Of a stretch of DNA of 64,000 nt, positions 11,658-24,846 are shown piece by piece (position 1 is the first letter of the stretch; each line of letters opens with the position of its first letter). This stretch comes from Squalus acanthias (Eukaryota): positions 54,252,001 through 54,316,000 of the forward strand of contig CM059432.1 of NCBI GenBank assembly GCA_030390025.1. Direction: 5' to 3'. The notes under the pieces are model-generated. The model was given only the letters and a program-made list of their open reading frames with translations. It was not told where the DNA came from and searched no databases. The position numbers and the translations under genes were made by a program.

Positions 11658-13069
11658 ATTCATTGTAACCTCTCTGCCTGAGTTGATATTTGAACACACC
11701 GCTGCCGTTCTGGCCTTTTAAGTGCAGCAGAGAGGAGTTTATAAAGAATAGAGTTGAAACTGGGAAAAAAATACAAAAATCAGGAGAAGGTAGTTCTGTT
11801 GCCCCATCCACAATTACTCCATTCCAATCCTTTAATTAGTAAGGAATTAGCACCAGCATCAAAATGTTTTTACCTATTACCCTCAATTTCCACCAGATAA
11901 GAAATATTCAAAAATTGGATGATGTATTGAATGATGAAAGGAACATCTTGGCTCATGTGCTTTGGGGAATCCCCTGATTTGCTCTGAAATTTTTGCTTTC
12001 TTTATATGATGTTTATGTTACTGGGCTCTGAATCAGTATGACAGTGCTGCAAAAAATGTCATTTTGCTGCAATCTCGGAATTAGTTTAAAGTAGTGCACC
12101 ATGCTGTTATAGCACACACAGCATGACTAACAATAAGCTATGATCCTAGCTGTTTGCATGTGAAAACAAATGTTAAAGCTGCTTGTTAAGTCAACACGAT
12201 AATAAATGTCATGGAGCACATCAACATAATAAGCATCATTGTTACATCTGGTTATGGCTGGCTTCTTCATATGTTAAATACTCTTGAGCACATCTACTTG
12301 AAAATAAAACATTTGTAAATTTGATAGATTTAATTAGCTTAAAAAAATCTTTGTGATCTTAGCAGTAAACTTTAAAAATTGGTATATAATTAGCCAACTT
12401 GGACTTATCATTAAGGTTCATGAAGTTGTTTTGTTGTGATTAACTTAGCTGTACATCCTCTGCGTAGGAAAGCATTTTGAAAAGCAAACGATTTCTTATG
12501 TGTATTGCAAGATTACACTCATTATCTAGAGTCTCATCTGGCTTGCGTAGTTAGCTTGAGCAGACTGACTACAGTCGGGTGTTGTTAGCAGTCCTTTTCA
12601 TGATCCTTACAAACACCTTTGTGTGGGTTGTAATTACATATTTTAAGATAATTGTGACTGAAGCTTATGCGTCCTGCTGGGGCAACGGATATAAATCAAC
12701 AGACTCCACTCGGGGACTCTGCTAACTGACCTTTCTGGTATCATGCTGCGTTTTGAATTATCTGTCATGTTTTGTCCAACCTTCCCCCATGAAATTAGCT
12801 TGAGGTAGGCATTCCAGTTCAGGAAGTCACATTGAATAATATTTGCTGGCCAGAGAAAATTTTCTAGCTCTGTGCTGATGAAGGTCTGCAGATAATGGGA
12901 AAATCTCTCGTATCATTAGCAACAATAGTACTGGCAGAGTAAATATGTAAATTTGTTCCACATTTCTCAGCCACTTACCATTAAGATTATGCTGAACAAA
13001 CATTTGACTTAGCAAAGTTCTTATCATATAGCCTAAAGGCTCAATGTCAGGACTTGATTTTTCTTTCTG

Positions 13070-13170
13070 TAATAATGCTTGCATTTATACAGTGCCTTAT
13101 CACTTCAAAATAGCTCAAAGTGCTTCACACAATGAATTAACTTTTGAAGTGCAGTGCCTGTTGTTATGTA
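13070..13170 (-). mobile_element. SINE 3' fragment
   Basis: ttgcatttatacagtgcctt...tgaagtgcagtgcctgttgttatgta matches the reverse complement of the SINE tail at 37615-37720. Confidence 0.5.
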
Positions 13171-13914
13171 TGAAAATCTATCTATTATGCTCATTTTAGG
13201 AAACAGGTGGGACCAATGTTAGTCTTGGCTGTTGAAACCGAGATAAGTACAACAACAATATTGGTCGCCCAAGTCCACAGATGCTGAACTCAGCCTGTGG
13301 CCAAGGTGGAGATGTAAATTATAGATAGGATTGGCAGCTCACTCACTAGCAGTGGGATAAATTAATGCTGCTACAGATCTTAAAGGACACAGTAGCTTAA
13401 AGGGGCATTGGTGTTGTTCTGGCAAAAAGGGCAAAGAGACTTGTAGCTATTTTGCTGACAAGTCTTCAAGTATTCATGAGTGACAGGGTGCCTTGCTTTT
13501 CCAATAGGAAATTCACCCCACAGATACATTAGCCTAGATTTTCCAGTATAATGTCAGTTTAGCCTAGGTTGGCTAGAAACAAGTACCAAACTCACCTTGA
13601 GTGCAGTGTGTTGATTGGACACAATTTTCTGTGGTCAGCTGATTATCATTATTATTTACAGCTTCAGTTGCAGCTTTGCAGATGTTTAGGGAGGTGGCCT
13701 AGTAGTGGAGGCCAGAAAATTCCAATTCAGTTGAAATTTAAAAGTATGGGGACACTTAAAGGGAAGTGGCAGAATACATGACCAAAACTTATCTTTGAAA
13801 AGGCATAAAAGGCATTTGGACCCCTTGACAGCCTTTGCCAAGGCTAAAGTGTGAGAGGAGGAAGAAATGGCAGGCAAAAATAAAGTGAAAGGAATTCCAA
13901 TAGGAAGACATGAA

Positions 13915-14065
13915 ACAAAGTCTTAGGTGAGCGATGGACAGCTCAGCACTCCTCTGTGTGATGGCTGCTGAGGTGGGAGTGGTACTGCATAAGGTGGTTG
14001 TGTTTGTCACTCCAGTGCAACCTCCTCATAGGGCAACATTGCAACGTGCCTGGAAGGAGGTGTTG
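13915..14065 (+). pseudogene. Decayed Harbinger Myb exon-1 remnant
   Basis: ...PPHRATLQRAWKEV resembles the Myb/SANT helix region of the other copies. Confidence 0.4.
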
Positions 14066-14129
14066 ATCTCCAAAGGGAGTGATTTCTCTTCGATTTCATT
14101 AAACCCACCTCTACACATAAAACACTGAC

Positions 14130-16178
14130 AATAAGGATTGGCGAAAGCAGCTGAAATACATGAGGAGGAAAAAAAACTGTTTGAAAGAAAAGACACTTAA
14201 ATTCTGCTTGAGTGTACAGCTATCAAAAATGGCTTCAGCAAATCCACTGTGATTCACAGTGCAGAACTGGCTAAAGAGGAATGAAGAGGCAATGACTAGA
14301 TTGAATTTACTGCACTCAAGCGGAAAAGGGCTCTATTCCTAAATTACAATTGGGAGGGGTTAAGAAATTCTGTAAACTCTGACTAATTTGTGGTGTGGTC
14401 ATGATTATGACAGTGTAAAAGTAACACTTACCAATCTCTTTAAACCCAAGAAAAATGTTCCGGCCTGGAAATTGCGGTCAGAGGTTTGCCGCCCGCTTAC
14501 ACCTCCAAACCGCAAGAAAACTCCGTACTTACCTGCTGCCTCCGGAGCTTTGGACTCTTGCGGTCCTGGGTTTGCAGGCGTATGCCTGCGTAAAGGCCCA
14601 CGCATCCCAAGGGCGCAGGCAGTTCGCAAATGTCCCTGGGATCACGTGGGCCAGGCCAACCAATGACAAAGGGGGATTCCTATGATGCTTATGGGGATTC
14701 CATCTCCGTATGGAATCCCCATAAGCTGAATAGAAATCACCTAATAAATAAAATTTCACAACACCAAAATAAAAATAAATAATCACAGGTTCAAAATTAA
14801 TTAAAATACCCTTTAATTAAACATTTAAAATAAAAATTAAATTTTTTGAAAAATAAATTTAAACATTTTTAAATGGGACAAAAATAACCTAAACTAATTT
14901 TAAATGTAAGTGAATGTTTAAATCATTTTAAAAATGTTATTTTAACATTTATTTTAACCCTTACACTGGTAAAAGAAGGCCTTATGCCCGTTTTTACCAG
15001 GCATAAGTGTTTGGTGGGTATTCACTGGGCAGCAGTTGAGCAAATAGCCCAACTCTGCGCCAGCGAAAGCGAATTTACAGCGGATGGGTACGATCTGTCA
15101 AGGAGAAACTTGACAGATCACAAGTTCCGGGTTTTCGCGGATTCTCATCGCATGCGGAAACTCAGAATTTCCAGGGCACTTACGATGGTGTATGTGCGTC
15201 ATAAAATCCGGGCTGTTATAAACGGAGCAAATCTCTTTCTTAAGGCTCAACAAAATGTAAAATCGACAGTGGATTGTTGTGTACAAGACTAAGGCAGTTA
15301 GCCTTAGGTGAAGTTTTAAATTCAAGAATATAGATGGTGAGCTCCAAACACAGGTTATCAAAGCTTCTGCTTCAAAGTTCCGTCAACTTGGATTGGAGAA
15401 AGACCGTGATTTGAATGACATGTTAAAGTTTGAGCCAGCATTTGAGCTATCAAAAAACAGGATGGAAAATGTGGAAAATAAACCAGTCAAGAAGTTAAAT
15501 ATTAAGCAGTGGAATCCAAAACAAACACCACAAAAGCTCAAGAATATTATATGTGTGACGTGCGTATTCAAATGAATGTGAGTGTCCAGCAAAAAGAAAA
15601 CCATGCTGATCTCATGGGAATCAGAGCCATTTTTTACGCTCCTGTTGTTTGCTAAGTAAAAATGTAATAAAGAATCCAATAGCTAAGCTGAAACCACAAA
15701 TCTAGGGCCGTGAACGAAAGAGAAAAACTCAACATATCTGAAACATATCATGGGACATAGCCAATAGTAGCTCAAGAGAAGAAATAGGGAAACAAGGAGA
15801 AAAGATGAGCATTGTGTCAAGTAAAGAATTGATAATGGTGCTACAGACTGAAGGTGTACCAGTGAAAGTAGTGGTTATTTCTGGGTGTCCATGATACATT
15901 ATTAAGGAGTTTGGCTTCAAGGAAATTAAGTGGAATGTTTGCTCAAGACTGAGACTACAGAAAATCTTAGCAAAACTGTTTTCATATGGCTCTGACACAT
16001 CTGCCAGAGCTTGATACATTATAGCAAGGATAAATGCAGAAAAGAGAGTCACAACTGGTGAAGGGAAGTGTTAGATCTCTTCTAAGCCCAAGGACAGCAC
16101 GAGAGTTACAGTTGCTGAGTATAAGTGATAGAATTTAAAAATGAAAGAAAGCAAGAAATTTCCAAATTCTTCAAAGAC
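14130..16178 (+). mobile_element. Highly decayed Gypsy (Mag-like) LTR retrotransposon gag-protease remnant, probably continuing at ~21155-21270
   Basis: DYDSVKVTLTNLFKPKKNV before the MITE, then F.KAQQ..RLRQLA and TQVIKASASKFRQLGLEK after it. Degenerate double zinc knuckle (C..C...ECPAKRKPC*SHGNQSHFLRSC) at ~15550-15650. IDNGA at ~15828-15842 resembles the protease D(T/S)GA motif. Confidence 0.55.
14462..15214. mobile_element. Harbinger-type MITE with AT-rich core, inserted in Gypsy gag
   Basis: Termini GGCCTGGAAATT and AAAATCCGGGCT. Architecture like 10915-11657 (GGGATCACGTG block, AT core). TSD not resolved. Confidence 0.7.
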
Positions 16179-16708
16179 ACAGGCCACGAATTTGCCGGCG
16201 CTCAGAGGGCGGGTTCGGAGGCAGGTCAGGTGTTAAATCCAAAATGATTGAACCCGCCCCTAACCTGCCTCCACGCCACTTTCCAAAGTGTCGGGTCGGC
16301 GCCTTCATAGCCGACCCGACACCAAGCGGCGGGAGAGATATTTAAGGTTGTTAACAGCTTGTTAACTCCTTGTTAAATGCTATTTTGCCAGGGTAATTCC
16401 TTTTTCACACATTTTCAACGTGTTTCAAGCCGTTCGGCAACCACGCCAGCTGAGTGTGTCGGGTTTTCCAATGAGCTGAACAGTTCGCAGCTGCAATTGC
16501 TGCATATAAACTTACCTATCACTTCAGTTCAATTTCAACTGTCTGATGTGGCTGAATTCATAATTTTGAGGAGACCTTTGAGCTGTATTGAGGTTGTGAG
16601 TGTGTGCTGTGAACTCTATATGCACTATCACCTCCTCGGAATAAGGTCTCTCCCCATTGACTTACTCCTGATAGCATCTCATCCTAAACTGACAGATATA
16701 CCAGCAGA

Positions 16709-17955
16709 ATGGGAACCATTTATACCCTCTCATCCTGGTCCTCAGATTGAGAAGAGGATCATCCGTGGCAGCAGCAGAACCAGGCACAGCAGCAGCACCA
16801 ACAACAGGAGCTCCAACCTTCTCCTCAGCCTCCTGATGCTGCACAGGGCAAAGGCCATCAGGGCTTGGCTGCCCTGCGCCGCAGGAGAAACCCCCAACAC
16901 AGGGTTTACAGGCAGAGGATGAGCTTCCTCAACATGAGTGAGCAGCACTGCCAAAGGAAGCTGAGACTATCGCGAGAGGTAGTCGCTGACATCTGCACAA
17001 TGCTGCACCAATACCTGCAGCCTAGAGGAGCGGGTGGACACTCCTTACCAGTGACTGTCAAAGTCACCACCTGCACTCAACTTCTTTGCGTCTGGGTCCT
17101 TCCAGGGATCAGCAGCAGACATTAGCGGCATCTCCCAGTCGGCCGCCCACAGATGCATCACGCAGGTCACCGATGCCCTCTTTGCAAAGTCCGCCAATTA
17201 CATCCACTTTTCAACTGATGAAGCAAGTGTTACCACGCGGGCACTAGGCTTTGTCAATCTGCCTGGCTTTCCATGGATGCAGGGCATCATTGACTGCACC
17301 CATGTGGCCATCAGGGCACCCCATTGCAACCCAGCAGTATTTGTGAACTGCAAGGGCTTCCACTCCCTTAACGCGCAGCTGGTGTGTAACCACAGGAAGA
17401 GCATCATGCATGTGTGCGCAAAGTACCCTGGCAGCTGCCATGACTCCTACATCCTGCACCAGTCCACTGCGCCTCAGCTCTCCTCTCCTCTAAACGACCT
17501 TTTAGGATGGCTCCTTGGAGACAAGGGCTATCCCCTGAAGATGTGGCTTATGACGCCGATGAGGAGGCCATCAAACAGGTCTGAGGAGCGCTACAGTCAG
17601 AGCCACATCTCCACCAGAAGTGTCATTGAGCAGACAATAGGGTTGCTCAAAATGCACTTCAGATGCCTGGACAGATCAGGGTGGAGCACTGCAGTACTCA
17701 CCAGCCAGGGTCTCGAGAATCATCGTGATCTGCTGTGCCCTGCACAACATCGCACTACAACGTGGATTAGCGCTGCCTGAGGAACACGTTGCACAGCGCA
17801 CAGCCTCTTCAGAGGAGGAGGAGGAGGAGGAAGAGCTGAATGAGGTTGCTGGTGAGGAACACCTGGCGGAGGCGGCTGACCCAGTGCGACCAGCATGCGA
17901 GCACATTGCTGCCCGTCAGGCAAGGGATGGCCTAATCCATGCCAGTATCAACTAA
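16709..17955 (+). pseudogene. Harbinger DDE transposase (few frameshifts)
   Basis: Motifs [48 protein letters not shown] and an acidic tail. Confidence 0.93.
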
Positions 17956-18239
17956 CTTTAGGCATCACAGACATGTGGCTGCCACATGCACGTGAGGGTT
18001 CGGATGACCCAACTTCCACACCATAGAGTATCCCTTCAATGAACTGTGCATTCCTAGCCCTTTCACCACCATTGCTTCAGATGAAAGGTGCCCTCACCCC
18101 TCGCTGTGCCACCTCCACCTGTGAGCACACACAGGGCAATGCTTTGAAACATTCACATGACATAACTTTAATACAATAAAATAAAAGAACACAAACTTTA
18201 CACTGATTTATATGAAAGCACCCAAGTGACTACCCTTGT

Positions 18240-20174
18240 GACTATTTGTGTGTTAGCTTTCTCTTATGTGTGCTTCTTCATGGTGCTTCCCCTGTGGCTT
18301 CAGTAGATGCAGAGGCAGCCTGCTCACTTCCCTGCTGCGCCTGCTTAGATGCCTTTGGCGGCTGTCCTCTGGGTCGTGGAGCCTGTGAGGGCCCCGCCAA
18401 AGTCTGCTCTTCCTGCGGCTGTGTAGGGACAGACTCGGCCATCTCTGTTGGGGGAGGCATCTGGGGCTCTGAACGAGGGGTTGGCAATGGGATGGCAGTG
18501 TGAGCGCTTGGAGAGGAGCCCCCACTTCCATTTCCCCTTCCACCACCATCCCTCTCATGGGCTACCCGCACTTCTCTGCCAGCAAGTAGCTGGCGAGCAC
18601 CTTGCTGCACATCAGTGGAGCTATGAGGACCCGTGTCTGTGCTGACATTCCTCATAACAAGGACATCCATGAACCTCTGGTTTCTCTCCTCGATAGATGC
18701 CCATCTATCCTCCATAGCTGACCATCTATTTAGAAGTGTTACCATGTTCTCCTGTGTCTGGTGATTTATGTCCTCCATGGAAGTTGCCATCCTTTCCATG
18801 GCGGGACCTACATTTGCCAGAGCCTGCACCATGGCGCTGCTCATACTTGAGATGGACTCCTCCATTCTCTGCATACTCGCAGTCACCATGGTTGCAAACC
18901 CTGTCAGAGCCTCCTGCACTTGTTCCTGAAGTTCCAGCACCGCTCTCTTTCTGGATGGCCCCAGAGGCTCAGCGTCTGCATGCAGCTCAACAAAGCTAGG
19001 AGAGTCCTGCGGCCTCCGACGAGGACTCTCCTCTGCTGTCCCTGTCTCCACCATCTGCTCTTGCTCACTTGTGAGTTGTGAAACACCAGGTGACAACACT
19101 AATCTATCTTGCGTTGGACCCACTGAGGTGTGCGTCTCTGCGCTGGTGCTGGGTGCGCTCATTTCTGCTGACGCTGCTCCCTCAGAGTCTGGAGGTTCCT
19201 CTGAGGAGTCCTTCTGCTCTTCCTCCTGGAGAGTGGGGAGGGGGCTCTTGATGGTCCTGTGGGAGAGTAAAGACATGATTTAGATATGTGATATGTAGGT
19301 TGCAAACACATTCCCTTGTGCAAGTCATTAGCACTCAATCTCTAGGAACATTAGATCCCATATCAGTCACTCCTGAATGCCAAATCAGATGTTTGGTAAA
19401 TATTTCTGTCGCCAGGTTGTTCGACTGAGCCCATCTCTCCATCCCCCACTTCAAGCTCCTCAGCTCCTCCAACAATGTCCAGAACTGACTCCTCAGCGTG
19501 GGTTAGCTGCACCACAGACTGTGGTCCTCCACCTGTTCTCTCCCTCACCCTCTTATTGTGGGATCTCTTTTCCTGCAATGAGGAACAGAAGTGCAGTCTT
19601 AGTGAGTGTCCTGGAATGAGTGTAAAGAATGGATAGGATAGATGTTTAGAGGGAGACTATGATGGAGTGAGGTGCCAATACCAATTTCCCTCCTTGTGAG
19701 TTGCTAGTTGTTGTCATGGCATAACATTGAGAGTGAGTGTGAGGGGTGCATAGAAAGATGGGGATGTGATTCTGTACATACGGAGAGAGGGATGGGTGAC
19801 AGTGCAATGGATGTTGGGGTGAGTTAATATGTGCAGGAGTAGGGCTGGCAATGCAGAGTGATGGGGATGTGAAGACAGGCACAGCAGAATGAAGGTAAGT
19901 GTGCTGTTATACTCACTTTTGCTGAACGCAGGAGATCACTGAACCTTTTCTTACACTGGGCCCAGGTGCGTGTACAGATGGACCTCGCACTTACCTCCTC
20001 AGCAATTTGCAGCCAGGCTGCCTTGGTTTGCTGAGGAGGCTTCCCCCGTCCATCCAAAGGGAACAGAACCTCCTTGCGCCCTCTTACTCCCTCCACAAGA
20101 ACATGGAGGAAGTCATCTTCAAAGCGGGGAGAAGCCTTTGGTCTAGGAGCAGTCACCTCGGCAAACGGCAGCAC
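18240..20174 (-). pseudogene. Harbinger Myb/SANT partner, 3 exons (~20174-19917, 19572-19413, 19256-18240)
   Basis: PRF...W..IAEEV...RTWAQCKKRFSDL followed by a GTGAGT donor. Exon 2 reads EKRSHNKRVRERTGGG. Exon 3 is a long coiled-coil-like ORF. Start codon and donor 2 are degenerate. Confidence 0.88.
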
Positions 20175-20404
20175 TCAGGAGCATCACAATGTCAATGAAA
20201 GCCAAAGGGTACATGGCCCCTTAAATGCAACTGCTTCAAAGACGTCATCAAAGGTGAGCTGCAGACAAGCACCCACTGATTGGGCCGGGTAGCGTGCACA
20301 GCGGGATTAATAAGCCCAATCTACTGAAAATCATTATCTCATTGCGGATCCAGCTGGCAGCGGGTCCAGAACCCGCCAGACAGCGAACCCGATGCCAACC
20401 CCAT

Positions 20405-21122
20405 TCAGAGAGATTTGGGTGTCCTCGTGCAAGAAACACAGAAAGCTAGCATGCAGGTACAGCAAGCAATAAGGAAGGCAAATGGCATGTTGACCTTTAT
20501 TGCAAGGGGGTTAGAGTATAAGAGTAAGGAAGTCTTGCTACAATTGTACAGGGCCTTGGTGAGACCACACCTGGAGTACTGTGCACAGTTTTGGTCTCCT
20601 TATCTAAGGAAGGATATACTTGCCTTGGAGGCGGTGCAACAAAAGTTCACTAGATTGATTCCTGGGATGAGAGGGCTGTCCTATGATGAGAGATTGTGTA
20701 GAATGGGCCTCTACTCTCTGAGGAATGAGAGGTGATCTCATTGAAATGTACAAGATTCTGAAGGGGATTGACAGGGTAGATGCTGAGAGGTTGTTTCCCC
20801 TGGCTGGAGTGTCTAGAACTAGGGGGCATAGTCTCAGAATAAGGGGTAGGCCATTTAAGACTGAGATGAGGAGGAATTTCTTCACTCAGAGGGTTGTGAA
20901 TCTTTGGAATTCTCTGCTCCAGAGGGCTGCGAATGCTGAGTCTTTGATTATATTCAAGGCTGAGATAGATAGATTTTTGGACTCTAGGGGAATCAAGGGA
21001 TATGGAGATCGGGCGGGAAAGTGGAGTTGAGGTCGATGATCAGCCATAATCTTATTGAATGGCGGAGCAGGCTCGAGGGGCCATATGGCCTACTCCTGCT
21101 CTTATTTCTTATGTTCTTATGT
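20405..21122 (+). mobile_element. 5'-truncated CR1 LINE in the H2 subterminal region
   Basis: LYRALVRPHLEYC and RRNFFTQRVVNLWNSL motifs, (TTCTTATG)n tail. Confidence 0.92.
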
Positions 21123-21789
21123 AACCCATCTCCGGACAGAAAATCCAGCCCACAATCTTAAAGTGTATGCAAGTGAAACTATCCAGAGATTAATTCATGC
21201 AGCCCATCACACAATGACTTAGAAAACGCTCATTCATATTCAAGAAGAAAATTGTAAAGGAACTAAAAAGTAAAAATTGTATTTATACACCAGTGGTGCA
21301 GCCACGAACTGGGCGCAAGGGAAAGAAGGACTTGTACCTGATATGTGCCGTGAACAATCTGCCCAGGATTTTCCGCCTACTGAGGGAACTGGAGACTCGC
21401 TCATTACAGGCCTTAATCTTATTTTTTGTGTGTAGGACTTTCCAGCCCTGCAAATTCTGCTCATTCATGCCAATCACCTCTGTGTGCCTGTATAAACAGC
21501 CAGCAGTAGGCAATTCCTGTTCTTCAAGCTGTGCTGGTAAATTATTCAAACCATTTTTTTTGGTATTTTGGGGGTTTACCTGGGTTATATCACTCTAGTT
21601 GTGTTTCTTTTTAATTGCACTTTAATTTATCCTTTTATTTTAGTTTCTTTGTCTCTTTTTACCAGTTGACATTCAAGGGAATTTTACTCATATTGCCAAC
21701 AGCCTCCTTTGCCTGGCATGGGCATTCCTTTAGAAATTTATCTTGCCCTTAGGAAGCTGTAGGATGAGGAGGATTTGTACAGCTATGAC

Positions 21790-22135
21790 CAGAAGCAGGT
21801 GGGACTGTATTGGAGGAGGGCTCATTGGACCCATGTCTATCTAATCAGCAATGTGTATAGACCCCACCATATTTACTTGGACACATCTAAGGAGCTGTCT
21901 TTGCCATTTATGATTCGCTGGAAAGGCAGTCACGGAACTTTGCTGTCTCCTGCAGCTAGACCACCAAACCACCTCTATGACTCACACAGATCTGCCCATG
22001 ACAGTGAGAACCACCACTGCTTTGAACTTCTTCGCTATTAGTTCCTTTCAGGCTGCCATGGGTGATATCTGTCAGATCAGCCAGTACACAGTGAACCGTA
22101 GACATCAGGTAAATGAAGAATTGTTTGGCAGAGCA
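21790..22135 (+). pseudogene. Old Harbinger transposase fragment
   Basis: TTALNFFAISSFQAAMGDICQISQ motif. Confidence 0.6.
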
Positions 22136-22324
22136 GCTATGAGGTTGCTGGAGGCCTGTGGTGGGTTACTGTCTAGATAATTTACCCAGAATGGTGAACA
22201 TTAAAGTAAGTGGCCAACAGAATCCACAAGCAGGTCCTCAAATGACCTCTTGGGAAACCATTCCAAAAGTACATCACTTAGAACACCAGTGGGTAGACTT
22301 CCCCCACCCACCACTTCTTTACCC

Positions 22325-22845
22325 AGGGGGCATAGTTTCAAGGTAAGGGGCAGGAGGTTTAGAGGGGATTTGAGGAAAAACTTCTTCACCCAGAGGGTGG
22401 TTGGAATCTGCAACTCACTGCCTGAAAGGGTGGTAGAGGCAGGAACCCTCACAACATTCAAGAAGCATTTAGATGAGCACTTGAAACGCCATAGCATACA
22501 AGGCTACGGACCAAGTGCTGGAAAATGGGATTAGAATAGACAGGGCTTGATGGCTAGCGCAGACACGATGGGCCGAAGGGCCTCTTTCTGTGCTGTATAA
22601 CTCTATGGCTCTATGAGTGGCAAGAACGTGGAATTTGCTACCACAAAGAGTAGTTGAGGCGAATAACATAGATGCATTTAAGGGGAAGCTAGGTAAGTAC
22701 ATGAGGGAGAAAGATATAGAAGGTTATTCAGATAGAGTTAGATGAAGTAGGGTGGGAGGAGGCCCATGTGGAGAATAAACACTGGCTCAGACTAGTTGGG
22801 CCGAATGGCCTGTTACTGTGCTGTAAATTCTGTGTAATTCTATGT
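22325..22845 (+). mobile_element. Two adjacent CR1 3' fragments (22325-22615 and ~22616-22845)
   Basis: RGHSFKV..RKNFFTQRVV motif and (CTCTATG)n tail. Second fragment ends ...ctgtaaattctgtgtaattctatg. First fragment closely matches 36105-36312. Confidence 0.85.
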
Positions 22846-24140
22846 GGTTTTCAGGCAGTCAGCTGGCTGACCATCCCAACCGACCACCCAATAGTGCCGG
22901 CGGAAGGCTCGGTCCACGGGGTCGATCTCCCTTTGGGCAGCCAGCCGGCGGAGTGCATATCAACAGCAAACACACTCACAAAATGGAAGGAGAATATTTT
23001 TTTATATTTCTTACATCAATTCTATGCACCCACCTGTAAAAGAGAGATTTTTAAATCAGAAAATAAATCTGAGGGTGAACTGTTATTGGAGAATAATAAA
23101 ACTTTGAATTTACTGGAGCAGCAGATAGAAAAGGATCTACTAAAGTTCCTTTTGCTCTCAAGCTAAACAGCATGGAGTGAGCACAAATCCAGACCAAAGC
23201 AGCAAGCATAGCTGAATTTGTTACATTGAATTGACAAGCTAGACTGTTTAAAAAAAAAAGTTTGCAACCTATATCTAATTTGTGGAGCAACAGTAATGGC
23301 ACATGACATTTTTCCTTGTCTCATGAAATTTCAGCAGTAATGGGATCATATCACTATATTATCCCTCCACAACAATAAACGTAGAAGGGAATGTTGAGCC
23401 GGTATGGGACGCTTGACAAAGCACCATCTGTAAATTAAACCTTAGAATATTCATTAGAAAGCAGGAAGCATTCATTTTTATTTTAAGCCTCAAATGTTAA
23501 TTTCAGAAAGGCTAGTATCAACTCCAAGTAAAGTTGTAGCTCTCAAACTCTGGATGGCCAATGTGTTTGTCAAGGAAATATGGTAGGGTCAGACTCAGAT
23601 TAACCTAAAGCTTCTGCTGTAGCTTTGGTTAAATGTATTAATTTGTTGAAGTGGGATTAAAGGTAGAGCTGATAGGATTTTTAGGGTTTGAGAATGTGAT
23701 ATCAAAAGAGATGGACTATTTTTTAATATTTTAACGTTGGTTAAAAGGGTGCAAATAAAATCAAATTGAGCTACCAAAGCACTTCAAGTTTCTTTATTTT
23801 CAGGAAGGCACTTTTAAACTAACTTTCTACTCAGCTTCCAGATTACATGGAGGCAACTTATTCTCTTGGCCTGATGTAGCATCACTTTTTGACTATTAAA
23901 GAAAACTTACAAACAGCTGTGTGAAAAATAAAATTTCCAATAAATACTGCTGTATATTAACAATTCTTTTAAATATTACATTTATAAAAACATAGAAGAG
24001 CCATAAATAACTTCAACTAAATATGCAAAAACACAGGGATTCAGAACGCTGTACAATATTAGTATTGAAATCTATGAATGCATTTGTCTGAAAATTCCCT
24101 TGTCTTTTAATTCATTTAAAAATTTTCATGAAGGCATTAA

Positions 24141-24846
24141 GGGCTAAAAATTGAGTAGCGCCCCCTTTGGGGCGCTAACTTCGCTGGGGCACTACTTTTA
24201 GCGCCCCGGAAAAATTAGCGCCCCCGCGACGGAAATTGAGTGGTAGCGCCCCAAGAGGGAAGTGGGGCGCTACTGGAAGCGCCCTGCCTCCCTCTTGGGG
24301 CACTGCGAGGGAATATCGCGGTGCTATGTGCCGCAGCGCACGCCATGGTACTGCAGGCCTTCCTCCCCTTCTTAAAGGGGCGGGGCCTTGCGCAGCGCAA
24401 CCTGGGTCCCAGCTGGGCCCCCGGGGATCGGGAGTGCCAGCAAAAGAGCCTGGCACTCAAGAGAAGTGCCGGGCTCATGGAGTGCAGCCGGCACTCTGCG
24501 GGGGGGCAGGTTAGGAGGCCGGGGACGGGAGCAGAGGCAGGTGCTGGCAGGCGGCCAGCAACAAAAATGGCTGCCCCGCACCTCGCCTTTAAATAACGCC
24601 TCCCCAGCCGCAGGTAGGCCCCCCTGACCCCGTCGCACATAGAGTAAGTCAGGGGGCACTCCCGAAGATCACGGCCGGGGCGCGAGCAGGGCGATACCGG
24701 TTACTGCCGCCGCTAACCTCCTGCTGAATTTCGCGGGAGGCGTTGGCGGCCCCGTGACCGGGCGCTAGTTGCTTTGCGCCCCATTAGCGCCCTCTTGCCC
24801 TCTTAGGGCGCTAACGGGAGACGCAAAGCAACCAAATTTTTCCCCC
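24141..24846. mobile_element. CpG-rich Harbinger MITE
   Basis: TAA TSD at 24138-24140 and 24847-24849. TIRs GGGCTAAAAATTG and CAAATTTTTCCCCC. Dense TAGCGCC/GGCGCTA repeats. Homologue at 41592-42355. Confidence 0.92.

Larger units (their letters stand above)
16182..21151. mobile_element. Full-length two-gene Harbinger element H2
   Basis: 3-bp TSD ACA at 16179-16181 and 21152-21154. Degenerate TIRs GGCCACGAATTT and AAAATCCAGCCC. Convergent transposase and Myb genes. Confidence 0.88.

Noticed and set aside
16709..20174. Domesticated host genes HARBI1, NAIF1 or MSANTD
   Set aside because: Multiple disrupted copies bounded by TIRs and TSDs show these are transposon genes.
24175..24659. Overlapping GC-rich ORFs (also at 831-1274, 32100-32753 and 41655-42224)
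   Set aside because: Stop-poor frames expected from GC-rich MITE or minisatellite DNA, with no recognisable domains.
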